From contig CAWGFM010000005.1 of NCBI GenBank assembly GCA_963821935.1, positions 453,129 through 517,128 of the forward strand: a DNA stretch of 64,000 nucleotides, in the 5' to 3' direction. The DNA comes from an uncultured Actinomycetes bacterium. GTDB lineage: Bacteria > Actinomycetota > UBA4738 > HRBIN12. Below are positions 47,569-55,356 of the stretch, piece after piece. The translations under genes were made by a program, and so were the position numbers. Within the stretch, counting starts at the first letter, position 1. Every line of letters begins with the position of its first letter. The notes beneath the pieces were generated by a model. That model had not been told where the DNA came from and ran no database searches. It worked only from the letters and a program-made list of their open reading frames with translations.

Positions 47569-48144
47569 GTGGAACGGCTTCGGCGCCGACCGTCCGCGGG
47601 TCTGCAGCCGATCACGCCTCGCGTGAAGTGGCGGGCGATCCTCCTCGCCACCCTGCTGCTGCTTCCCGCCTATTGGTCGGTGCTCGCCGGCGTGGTGGCC
47701 GTGGCCTCCGACGACGACGTCGGACGTGTCCCCGGCCCGCTGATCGCCTTCGGGCTCTGCCTCGTACCGTTCATCTTCATCGTGCTCGCCATGGGGTCGC
47801 AGCACCCTCGGGTACCAAGCGCGGTGCTGAAGGCCATGGTCTTGACGCTCGTCGTCGGGATCCCGGTCTCGGCGCTGGCGGCGGACGCGGCGACTGGCCT
47901 GGTCGCCGGCATCGGAGCGGGGGGCATCGTCGCGCTCCGTTCGGATCTCCATCACCCTACGAGGGCGCGGGTCGTCGCCGTGCTCGTCGTCACCGTGTGG
48001 GTGTTCGTCACGCTCCGCCTCGTGCCCGAGGCGGCCCTGATCATCGCCCCCATCCTCCCCTTCACGACACTCGGGGTCGCGGATCACGTGTCCGAACGGA
48101 AGGCGGAGCTGCGTGAGTCGGACGCGACCCGACAGAACCTTTAG
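47569..48144 (+). CDS. Hypothetical membrane protein
   Basis: Five to six hydrophobic helices. GTG start. Confidence 0.45.
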   Translation: MERLRRRPSAGLQPITPRVKWRAILLATLLLLPAYWSVLAGVVAVASDDDVGRVPGPLIAFGLCLVPFIFIVLAMGSQHPRVPSAVLKAMVLTLVVGIPVSALAADAATGLVAGIGAGGIVALRSDLHHPTRARVVAVLVVTVWVFVTLRLVPEAALIIAPILPFTTLGVADHVSERKAELRESDATRQNL

Positions 48145-48584
48145 AGGTTCCTAATTCGTGTGCGGACGCCCGCGTTGCCCGACGAAGGGTCGCCCGCATG
48201 AGTTCGTTCCTGTATCGGCTCGGCCCATCGGCTGCTCGCCGCCGCTGGCTCACCCTCGGGATCTGTTCGTCGCCGTCTTCGCGATCCCGCCGTCGGCAAC
48301 GCGCTCGGTGGTAGCCCGCCGACGATTTCAAATGCCGAACTCTGGTCATCGCGATGTGCATCATCCGCACCGCGGCCTAACGTCGCGCACACCTCGCAGG
48401 TACTCTCGCGTCCGTGTCGTCGACGACGCCCGGGAGCCGCCACTCCCGTGTCGAGCCCACCCTGTGTCGACCGAGAATCGCTCTCGTTTCGTCCCGCATC
48501 GGTCCCGCGTCGCCCTGAGAAACGCTGCGAAACGTCGGGTTGTGTCAAGTGTGCGAACGCGCAGGTCAGGAGGGTACAGCCTCT

Positions 48585-48623
48585 TGGCCTCGTCGCAGGT
48601 TCGAATCCCTGCCCGGGCCCACA
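48585..48623 (+). pseudogene. tRNA-Lys 3'-half remnant (variable loop/T-arm/acceptor 3' strand; putative attR)
   Basis: About 85% identical to the 3' 38 nt of the intact tRNA-Lys. T-loop expanded to 8 nt. No complementary 5' acceptor strand exists upstream. Confidence 0.6.
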
Positions 48624-48724
48624 AAGGAGAGGGACCAGGGCCATCGTGGGGCGATGTTCAACATCGACGTCGCTTCCGGTGCCCTCCTCGTCAGGCCGCC
48701 GAGAACCCCGCTGATGAGTCAGGG

Positions 48725-48901
48725 TTAGCGCCTTCGGCGCAGGAGCACGAAGATCACCACGACGACGATCGCGACGATCACGACCGCCGAGAAGCCCGTC
48801 AACAAGCTGTCGTTGTTGCCCTCACCGTCGTTGCCGCACGCAGACAGCAGGAGCCCCGTCGCGGCCATGGACGCGAAGGTCAGGCGTTTCCGAACGTTCA
48901 T
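48725..48901 (-). CDS. Mini-protein (58 aa): lipobox-like N-terminus (LSACGN) and C-terminal hydrophobic anchor + RRRR tail
   Basis: ORF MNVRKRLTFASMAATGLLLSACGNDGEGNNDSLLTGFSAVVIVAIVVVVIFVLLRRRR. Could be spurious. Confidence 0.3.
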   Translation of the reverse strand: MNVRKRLTFASMAATGLLLSACGNDGEGNNDSLLTGFSAVVIVAIVVVVIFVLLRRRR

Positions 48902-49044
48902 TTCCGAACTCCACTTCCTCGACGACCGGTAGCGACATCGTTCGACATCGTCACATTCCCTGCTACCCAGCACCTCACGACCGAAACCCGAATTGTCTCG
49001 CCTGATAGGAGGCCTCCTTCCCTCGCCGGTAGAGTGGGCCGGAC

Positions 49045-49503
49045 ATGGCGACGACGGTCACGATCGAAGGACAGGGCTACCGCAAGCGCGAGCCACTAGG
49101 CGTGCTGGGCCTGTCGTTCATCACGCTGGGGATCTACTTCCTCTACTGGTACTACAAGATCAACGACGAGATCAGGCGTTTCGAGCACGACGATTCGATC
49201 AGTCCTAGTCGCTCGCTCATGGCCTTGCTGTTCGGCTGGATCATCATCGTGCCGCCGTTCATCGCGATGTACAACACGGCCAAACACGTCCGCACGATCG
49301 AGGAGCGCATGGGGATCACGTCTCAGCTCGAGCCAGCGCTGGTGATCGTGATCATGGTGCTGGTCACCATCGGCAACGGGCTCTACATCCAGGAACACCT
49401 GAACGGGGTCTGGGATCGGTCCACGACAGTTGCTCCCGCTCCTCCGTTGCTTCCCTCGGCAGGAACGGTCCCGCCACCGATGCCGACCCCGCCTGCCAGC
49501 TAG
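49045..49503 (+). CDS. DUF4234-family membrane protein
   Basis: GYRKREPLGVLGLSFITLGIYFLYWYYKIN signature. Lower-GC neighbourhood. Confidence 0.6.
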   Translation: MATTVTIEGQGYRKREPLGVLGLSFITLGIYFLYWYYKINDEIRRFEHDDSISPSRSLMALLFGWIIIVPPFIAMYNTAKHVRTIEERMGITSQLEPALVIVIMVLVTIGNGLYIQEHLNGVWDRSTTVAPAPPLLPSAGTVPPPMPTPPAS

Positions 49504-49552
49504 TCCTCCTTCACGATCCCCGTCCGTCGGTGGGGGCCGGTAGCCTGCGTCC

Positions 49553-49894
49553 GTGCGAACGGCACGCTTCGAGGGACCACGCGGTTCGGATTGGACACTC
49601 GACGTGCCGACCTCCCGCCGAGAACGCGTCCGGGGACTCCGCGACCATCGAGTGCTCACACCCTGCCGCGGCATGCTCTTCTTGCGATGCCGATCCGTGC
49701 ACACGTTCGGGATGACCATGGAGATCTCGGTGGTGATGCTCGACGACGACCTCACCGTGCGAGGGGTGCGGGCGATGCCGCCTAAGCGTGTGCTGGTGCC
49801 GCGCCTGGGAACCAGACACCTGGTGGAGTGCGCCCCCGATCAGCGGATCGTCATCGGCGACCGGTTCGTGCCTCGTGATGGAAGCGAGGTGTGA
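49553..49894 (+). CDS. DUF192-family protein
   Basis: TPCRGMLFLRCRSVHTFGM resembles the DUF192/COG1430 core. Confidence 0.5.
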   Translation: MRTARFEGPRGSDWTLDVPTSRRERVRGLRDHRVLTPCRGMLFLRCRSVHTFGMTMEISVVMLDDDLTVRGVRAMPPKRVLVPRLGTRHLVECAPDQRIVIGDRFVPRDGSEV

Positions 49895-49925
49895 GGGACA
49901 CCGGGGGGAAGCCGCCGGCGGCGGC

Positions 49926-50093
49926 TCAGACCATCGCGGCGATGAGCACGCGCAGGGCCACTCCCAGCGCCGTCGTCGTGAGGGCGATGATCGCCGCCAC
50001 GACGTAGGGCGCCCATGCGGGCACGGCGACTGGCTCCTTGCGAGCCGGGTCCGGACCCACCAGACCGAGCAACTCCAACATCGTGCGCATCAT
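49926..50093 (-). CDS. Small membrane protein (55 aa), hypothetical
   Basis: Start trimmed to clear tRNA-Glu. Single TM helix. Confidence 0.3.
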   Translation of the reverse strand: MMRTMLELLGLVGPDPARKEPVAVPAWAPYVVAAIIALTTTALGVALRVLIAAMV

Positions 50094-50183
50094 GCCCTGT
50101 GTTCGGCCTCGAACCCGCTCCGGTTGAGCCCCATCGCTATACTCTGTCGGCTGCCCCTGGTGGCCGGTACGCTGCGGGCGCAC

Positions 50184-50256
50184 GCCCCCATCGTCTAGCG
50201 GCCTAGGACGCCGCCCTTTCAAGGCGGAAGCACGGGTTCGAATCCCGTTGGGGGCA
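50184..50256 (+). tRNA. tRNA-Glu (anticodon UUC)
   Basis: Acceptor GCCCCCA/TGGGGGC, anticodon stem CCGCC/GGCGG with loop CTTTCAA, T-loop TTCGAAT, short variable loop. Confidence 0.9.
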
Positions 50257-50294
50257 CGGCACCGACGCACCATCGGATCCACGACATAGCACGT

Positions 50295-50373
50295 GCGCCC
50301 GTAGAGGAGTCCGGCCGTCCTCACCTCCCTGTCAAGGAGGAGATCGCGGGATCGAAGCCCGTCGGGCGCGCCA
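50295..50373 (+). tRNA. tRNA-Asp (anticodon GUC) with encoded CCA, unusual 11-nt D-loop and non-canonical T-loop ATCGAAG
   Basis: Acceptor GCGCCCG/CGGGCGC, anticodon stem CCTCC/GGAGG with loop CTGTCAA, discriminator G followed by CCA. Confidence 0.65.
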
Positions 50374-50399
50374 TCACAGCACCAGCCCTATCCTGAGGG

Positions 50400-51146
50400 A
50401 TGGTCGAGGTCAGCGACGCCCACGACGAACTCACGGCGAAGCGGTTCATCGAGCGGCTGACGCCGCTGGGTTCGCCCGAGAGCGTGAAAGCAGCGAAGCG
50501 CTATCTCACGGCCGGTGCCACAGCGCGAGCGGATCTCGACATCGCCATCGGCGCTCGCATGCGCGACGTCTTCGGGCTGGCGAAGGAATGCACCGACATG
50601 CCACTGGGCCAGGTGTCGATCCTGCTGGAGAGCCCGGTGCACGAGGTGCGTGTCGGCGCGGTGAGCATCATGGACTTCCAAGCGCGCCGCACGAAGACCC
50701 CAGCGAAGCGGCGCAAGGAGCTGTTCGACCTCTACATCGGTCGCCACGACCGGATCAACACCTGGGATCTGGTGGATCGAAGCGCTCCGTACGTGGTCGG
50801 GGGGTACCTCTTCGACAAGCCACGCACGATCCTCTACGAGCTGGCCCGATCCCCGGTCATGTGCGAGCGCAGGACCGCGATCGTCGCGACCTACTACTTC
50901 ATCCGGCACGACGACACCGCCGACACGTTCAGGATCGCGGAGTTGCTCGTCGATGACGACGAGGACCTCATCCACAAGGCTGTCGGTGGATGGGTGCGTG
51001 AGGCCGGAAAGCGAGACCCTGACGGACTGCTCGACTTCCTGAACCGTTTCGCCGCGACGATGCCGCGGACGGCCCTTCGCTATGCCGTCGAGCATCTCGA
51101 CCAGGCCCAGCGTGCCCACTACATGGGTTTGCGCGCCGCGACCTAG
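50400..51146 (+). CDS. DNA alkylation repair protein (AlkD/AlkC-like HEAT-repeat glycosylase family)
   Basis: Family resemblance (KRFIERLTPLGSPESVKAAKRY..., WDLVDRSAPYVVG, HKAVGGWVREAG). Confidence 0.65.
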   Translation: MVEVSDAHDELTAKRFIERLTPLGSPESVKAAKRYLTAGATARADLDIAIGARMRDVFGLAKECTDMPLGQVSILLESPVHEVRVGAVSIMDFQARRTKTPAKRRKELFDLYIGRHDRINTWDLVDRSAPYVVGGYLFDKPRTILYELARSPVMCERRTAIVATYYFIRHDDTADTFRIAELLVDDDEDLIHKAVGGWVREAGKRDPDGLLDFLNRFAATMPRTALRYAVEHLDQAQRAHYMGLRAAT

Positions 51147-51217
51147 GATCCTTCGTGGGTACCATGTTCGCGTCATCGACCCCGGCGGGACTGGGTCGCT
51201 ACACTCAGACGTGGCAG

Positions 51218-51290
51218 GGCCAGGTAGCTCAGTTGGTAGAGCACGCGGCTGAAAACCGCGGTGTCGGCAGTTCGATCCTGCCCCTGGCCA
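51218..51290 (+). tRNA. tRNA-Phe (anticodon GAA)
   Basis: Acceptor GGCCAGG/CCTGGCC, D-arm GCTCAGTTGGTAGAGC, anticodon loop CTGAAAA, T-loop TTCGATC. Confidence 0.9.
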
Positions 51291-51293
51291 CCG

Positions 51294-52100
51294 TCAGTTG
51301 AAGATCTCGCGGCTGCGGACCTCGGCCCACCGGCTCAGCACGCCTTGATACACCTCGGCCGCTTGCGGATACTCGTGTCGCTCCAACGCGGTCAGCGCCT
51401 CCGCCACGTCTCGTGCGCTGTGGTCGTCGTCCATCTCGTCCCACGTCAGGAACGAGCACAGCTCGCCGTAATCCAGCTCCAGGAGCGACCCCTGTTCGAA
51501 GGCCGACATCCACTGATGCAGATCTACGATCAAGTCGCTGATGGGTCCGAGCTCGGAGCGCCGCAACGGCACGACCGCCTGTTCGGCTCGCCGGATCGCC
51601 CTGCGCGTGCTGGTGCGATAGGAGAGGCGCGAGCCCCCCACGCCGTCGTCGGTGAGCCGGCGTTCCTCATCCCGGAACAGCACGAACCACCGGATCGGCA
51701 CGTGCCACGGGCTCTGGTGACAGAACGAGACGGCGCTCGGGTCGTGGCGGCGGAAGCGGCGCAGGTCGCGCGCAGCTCGTTTCGCGTCTCGCTTGGGCAC
51801 GAACTGGTCCCAGAGCTCCATGGGCTCGGCCTCGCGGAACGAGAGCATCGCGCCCAACACCCGCAGTCGCATCCGCCACGGGCTGACGAACGTGCGACCG
51901 TCGATGACGCGGATCTCGGCATGCTCGCCTTCGGCCGGCGCGAGCAGGCCCAGCGAACCCACGGTGTGATGGTCGGCGTACTTGGGGCGGATCGACGGAG
52001 GCGGCCCGCCGTCCAGCAAGTAGCGCTCCCAGTGCAGCTGCTCCTCACGTTCGAACGCGTCGAGCGGCTGGTACACGCGGAGGTATGCGCTTGGCACCAT
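51294..52100 (-). CDS. Hypothetical protein (269 aa)
   Basis: Start trimmed to MVPSAYLRVYQP. Divergent from the dehydrogenase operon. Confidence 0.45.
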   Translation of the reverse strand: MVPSAYLRVYQPLDAFEREEQLHWERYLLDGGPPPSIRPKYADHHTVGSLGLLAPAEGEHAEIRVIDGRTFVSPWRMRLRVLGAMLSFREAEPMELWDQFVPKRDAKRAARDLRRFRRHDPSAVSFCHQSPWHVPIRWFVLFRDEERRLTDDGVGGSRLSYRTSTRRAIRRAEQAVVPLRRSELGPISDLIVDLHQWMSAFEQGSLLELDYGELCSFLTWDEMDDDHSARDVAEALTALERHEYPQAAEVYQGVLSRWAEVRSREIFN

Positions 52101-52224
52101 GGTGGTCTCCGAGTCTACGTCGGACCGGCCGGGGCGGGCCCCGGCCCACCTGTTGACCGGAGCGAGGCCAAGGCCCGCCTCGGCCTCTTCCGTATGCTCT
52201 CGGCGTCCGAGCGGAGGAACTCGA

Positions 52225-53289
52225 GTGGACCCGACACCCGAACATTGGCACGGCACCGAACCCGTGCGGATCCTGGCCCCGGACGGTTCCCTCACGGGCG
52301 ATCCGGACGTGGGTCTGGACGAGGACGAGCTCCGGATGTTGCTGCGCTGGATGCTGTTGGCGCGCCGGTTGGATCGGGAATGCATCGCGTTGCAGCGCCA
52401 GGGGGAGCTGACCGTCTACCCGGGGTTCGAGGGCCAGGAGGCCGCGCAGATCGGCAGCGCCGCGGCCTTGGGCTCCGAGGACTTCATCTTCCCGACCTTC
52501 CGGGAGCTGGCGGCGGCCCTGGTCCGCGGGGTCGATCCCGTCGCCTATCTGGCGTATCACCGCGGGACCTGGCACGGAGGGCCATACGACCCCATCGCCA
52601 CGAGGTTCGGTCCGATCTGCATCCCCGTGGCGACCCAGATCGCGCACGGGGTGGGGCACGCGATGGGCCAGCGGCTGGACGGCCTGGATGCCTGCACTCT
52701 GGCCTACTTCGGCGACGGCAGCGCCAGCGAGGGCGACTTCCACGAGGCGGCCAACCTGGCCGGCGTGTTCGGCTCCCCCGTGATCCTGTTCTGTCAGAAC
52801 AACGGGTGGGCCATCAGCGTGCCCGCCGCACAGCAGACCGCGGGCGAGATCTGGAAGCGAGCAGAGGGCTACGGGTTCCCCGGGGTTCGCGTGGACGGGA
52901 ACGACGTGCTGGCGGTGTACCGGGTCACGAAGGAGGCCGCCGAGCGCGCGCGCACGGGCCACGGTCCCACCCTGATCGAAGCCATGACCTATCGCATCGG
53001 GGCGCATTCCACCGCCGACGACGCGGGCCGATACCGCGACGATGCCGACGTGGAGTTGGCACGGACGTTCGACCCGATCTCGCGGTTCCGCACCTGGCTC
53101 CTGGAGCAGGGCACGGTCGAGCACGACCTGCTCGCCACCTGGGACGAGGAGATCGCAGCCGAGGTCTCCGAGATCCGCGAGGGCGTGATCGGCCAGGAAG
53201 CGCCACCCGTCGAGGCGATGTTCGACCATACGTTCGCGGCACCGACACCGCAGTTCGAGCGCATGCGGGCAGGGGCGCTCGGTGGCTGA
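52225..53289 (+). CDS. 2-oxoacid (branched-chain alpha-keto acid/pyruvate) dehydrogenase E1 component alpha subunit, TPP-dependent
   Basis: TPP-binding region GDGSASEGDFHEAANLA... with context. RBS GGAGGA precedes GTG 52225. Confidence 0.85.
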   Translation: MDPTPEHWHGTEPVRILAPDGSLTGDPDVGLDEDELRMLLRWMLLARRLDRECIALQRQGELTVYPGFEGQEAAQIGSAAALGSEDFIFPTFRELAAALVRGVDPVAYLAYHRGTWHGGPYDPIATRFGPICIPVATQIAHGVGHAMGQRLDGLDACTLAYFGDGSASEGDFHEAANLAGVFGSPVILFCQNNGWAISVPAAQQTAGEIWKRAEGYGFPGVRVDGNDVLAVYRVTKEAAERARTGHGPTLIEAMTYRIGAHSTADDAGRYRDDADVELARTFDPISRFRTWLLEQGTVEHDLLATWDEEIAAEVSEIREGVIGQEAPPVEAMFDHTFAAPTPQFERMRAGALGG

Positions 53290-54256
53290 GATCACGATGT
53301 CGGGTGCGCTCAACGCCGCGTTGCGTGACGCGCTACGCGATGATCCGCGCATCCTGGTCTTCGGCGAGGACGTTGGACGCTCGGGCGGTGTCTTCCGCGT
53401 CACCGACGGCCTGCAGGCGGAGTTCGGCGCCGATCGGGTGTTCGACACACCGATCAGCGAGGCAGGCATCGTGGGTGCGGCCGTGGGGCTTGCGTTCGCA
53501 GGGTGGCGAAGTGTGGTCGAGATGCAGTTCGACGCGTTCAGCTATCCGGCTCTGGAACAGATCGTGGACCACGTGGCGAAGATGCGCGAGCGAACCCGCG
53601 GCGCCGTGGGCATACCGATCGTGATCCGTATGCCGGCGTTCGGTGGCATCCGGGGCAAGGAGCACCACGGCGAGAGCCCCGAGACGTTCTACGTGCATAC
53701 GGCCGGGCTCAAGGTGGTCGCGCCGTCCAGCGCCCTCGACGCCTACCGGTTGTTGCGCCTCGCGATCGCCGACCCCGATCCGGTGATCGTGTTGGAGCCG
53801 AAGGCTCGCTACTGGTCGAAGGAGACCGGCGATCTCACCGTCGACGGACCCGGCATCGGCGAGGGTCGCGTCCTGCGCTCCGGCGATGGCTGCGCGGTGT
53901 TCGCGTACGGCGCGATGGTCGCGCGCGCGAAGGAAGCCGCCGATGCTGCTGCGGCCGACGGGATCGAGGCGCGCGTGATCGATCTGCGAACCCTGTCCCC
54001 ACTGGACGTCGACCTGATCGCGACCAGTGTGCGCGAGACGGGACGAGCCGTGGTCGTCCATGAGGCGCCACGGACGCTGGGATTGGGAGCCGAGGTGACC
54101 GCGCTCATCGTGGAGCACGCGTTCGACTTCCTGGAGGCCCCGGTTGCCCGCGTGACCGGGTGGGACATCCCGTATCCGCCCGCAGCGCTGGAGCACCATT
54201 ACCTGCCCAGCGCCGAACGCATCGCCGAGGCGATCACGGAGACGGTGAAGTACTGA
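53282..54256 (+). CDS. 2-oxoacid dehydrogenase E1 component beta subunit
   Basis: Transketolase-like pyrimidine-binding and C-terminal domains. Start overlaps the alpha-subunit stop. Confidence 0.85.
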   Translation: MAEITMSGALNAALRDALRDDPRILVFGEDVGRSGGVFRVTDGLQAEFGADRVFDTPISEAGIVGAAVGLAFAGWRSVVEMQFDAFSYPALEQIVDHVAKMRERTRGAVGIPIVIRMPAFGGIRGKEHHGESPETFYVHTAGLKVVAPSSALDAYRLLRLAIADPDPVIVLEPKARYWSKETGDLTVDGPGIGEGRVLRSGDGCAVFAYGAMVARAKEAADAAAADGIEARVIDLRTLSPLDVDLIATSVRETGRAVVVHEAPRTLGLGAEVTALIVEHAFDFLEAPVARVTGWDIPYPPAALEHHYLPSAERIAEAITETVKY

Positions 54257-55356
54257 TGGCGGACCGGGTGTTCGCCATGCCGGACCTGGGTGAGGGCCTC
54301 GAGGAAGGCGAGATCACCGCCTGGCTCGTGGCCGCCGGCGACGCCGTCGCCCTGAACCAACCGATGGTCGAGGTCGAGACCGCGAAGGCCACCGTCGAGA
54401 TCCCGTCACCGTTCGCGGGCACGGTGATGCGTCTCCACGGGGACGTGGGCGACGCGGTCCCCGTCGGCGAACCGCTCGTGACGTTCGATGTGAACGACGG
54501 GGTCGTGGCCGAGGATGCGGCCCCCGGGGGCCGGGTCGCGGCCACCCCGCCCGTCCGGAAGCTGGCGCGAGAGCTCTCCGTGACACTGGACACCTTGACC
54601 GGAACCGGACCGGGCGGCCGCATCATGGCTGACGACGTGCGGACGGCAGCGGCCGGTGACGCGCAGCCCGCCGACGACCCTGTTGCGCCGACCGCCGACG
54701 TCGTCCCGTTGTCTCCCACCCGCCGAGCGATCGCCGAGAACCTGACGCGCCAGGCCGCGATCCCCCAGGTCACGACGTTCCGAACCGTCGATTGCAGCGC
54801 GCTCGAATCGTTCCGTCGCGACCTGCACGTCTCTCCGCTGCCGGTCGTGATCGCTGCGCTCACGCGCACGATCGAGGACCACCCTGGCCTCAACGCCGCG
54901 TGGCACGCGGGGGGCATCGCCACCCCGTCCTCGGTCGCCGTCGGCGTCGCCACCGACACCGACCGTGGGTTGGTCGTCCCCGTGCTCCACGACACGCGCG
55001 GGCGCGGGATCGCGGAGCTTCGGGAGGAGATCCGCAGCCTCGCCGAACGGGCCCGGGCGGGCGAGCTCTCGCCCGAGGAGCGCACTGGCGCCACGATCGC
55101 GGTGAGCAACACGGGCAGCTACGGCAGCGAGGCCGGCACCCCCATCCTGTCGCCGGGGACAGCCGTCACGCTCGCGATCGGCGTGATCGAGCCGCGCGCC
55201 CTGGTGGTCGAGGGCACCGTGGTCGCGAGGCCCGCGTGCACGTTGAGCTGCACGTTCGACCACCGGGTGCTGGACGGCGCCACCGTGGGACGCGCGCTCA
55301 CCGACCTGGTCGAGCTGCTGGAAGATCCCGATGGCCTGGGAGGATTGCCACGATGA
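54256..55356 (+). CDS. Dihydrolipoamide acyltransferase E2 (single lipoyl domain, catalytic DHRVLDG)
   Basis: Lipoyl-Lys region VEVETAKATVEIPSP, E3-binding domain, catalytic His/Asp motif FDHRVLDGA. Confidence 0.85.
   Translation: MADRVFAMPDLGEGLEEGEITAWLVAAGDAVALNQPMVEVETAKATVEIPSPFAGTVMRLHGDVGDAVPVGEPLVTFDVNDGVVAEDAAPGGRVAATPPVRKLARELSVTLDTLTGTGPGGRIMADDVRTAAAGDAQPADDPVAPTADVVPLSPTRRAIAENLTRQAAIPQVTTFRTVDCSALESFRRDLHVSPLPVVIAALTRTIEDHPGLNAAWHAGGIATPSSVAVGVATDTDRGLVVPVLHDTRGRGIAELREEIRSLAERARAGELSPEERTGATIAVSNTGSYGSEAGTPILSPGTAVTLAIGVIEPRALVVEGTVVARPACTLSCTFDHRVLDGATVGRALTDLVELLEDPDGLGGLPR

Larger units (their letters stand above)
37895..48623. mobile_element. Putative ancient tRNA-Lys-targeted genomic island (~10.7 kb, sugar-utilisation cargo; integrase absent/decayed) bounded by intact tRNA-Lys and a degenerate 3' tRNA-Lys copy
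   Basis: Direct repeat: 37859-37893 (cctcgtgtcgcaggttcgaatcctgccgggccca) versus 48585-48623 (cctcgtcgcaggttcgaatccctgcccgggcccaca). The second copy has no 5' tRNA half. tRNA-Glu/Asp lie downstream. Confidence 0.4.

Noticed and set aside
48541-48625. Possible complete second tRNA near 48600
   Set aside because: Only the variable loop, T-arm and acceptor 3' strand are present. No complementary 5' acceptor strand or D-arm lies within 100 nt upstream, and the T-loop is 8 nt. Treated as a remnant/att site, not a gene.
51261-53624. 787-aa plus-strand ORF and the 474-aa minus-strand ORF (52045-53469) over the E1 alpha/beta genes
   Set aside because: Off-frame or antisense shadow ORFs. The E1alpha and E1beta frames carry TPP-binding and transketolase-like motifs.
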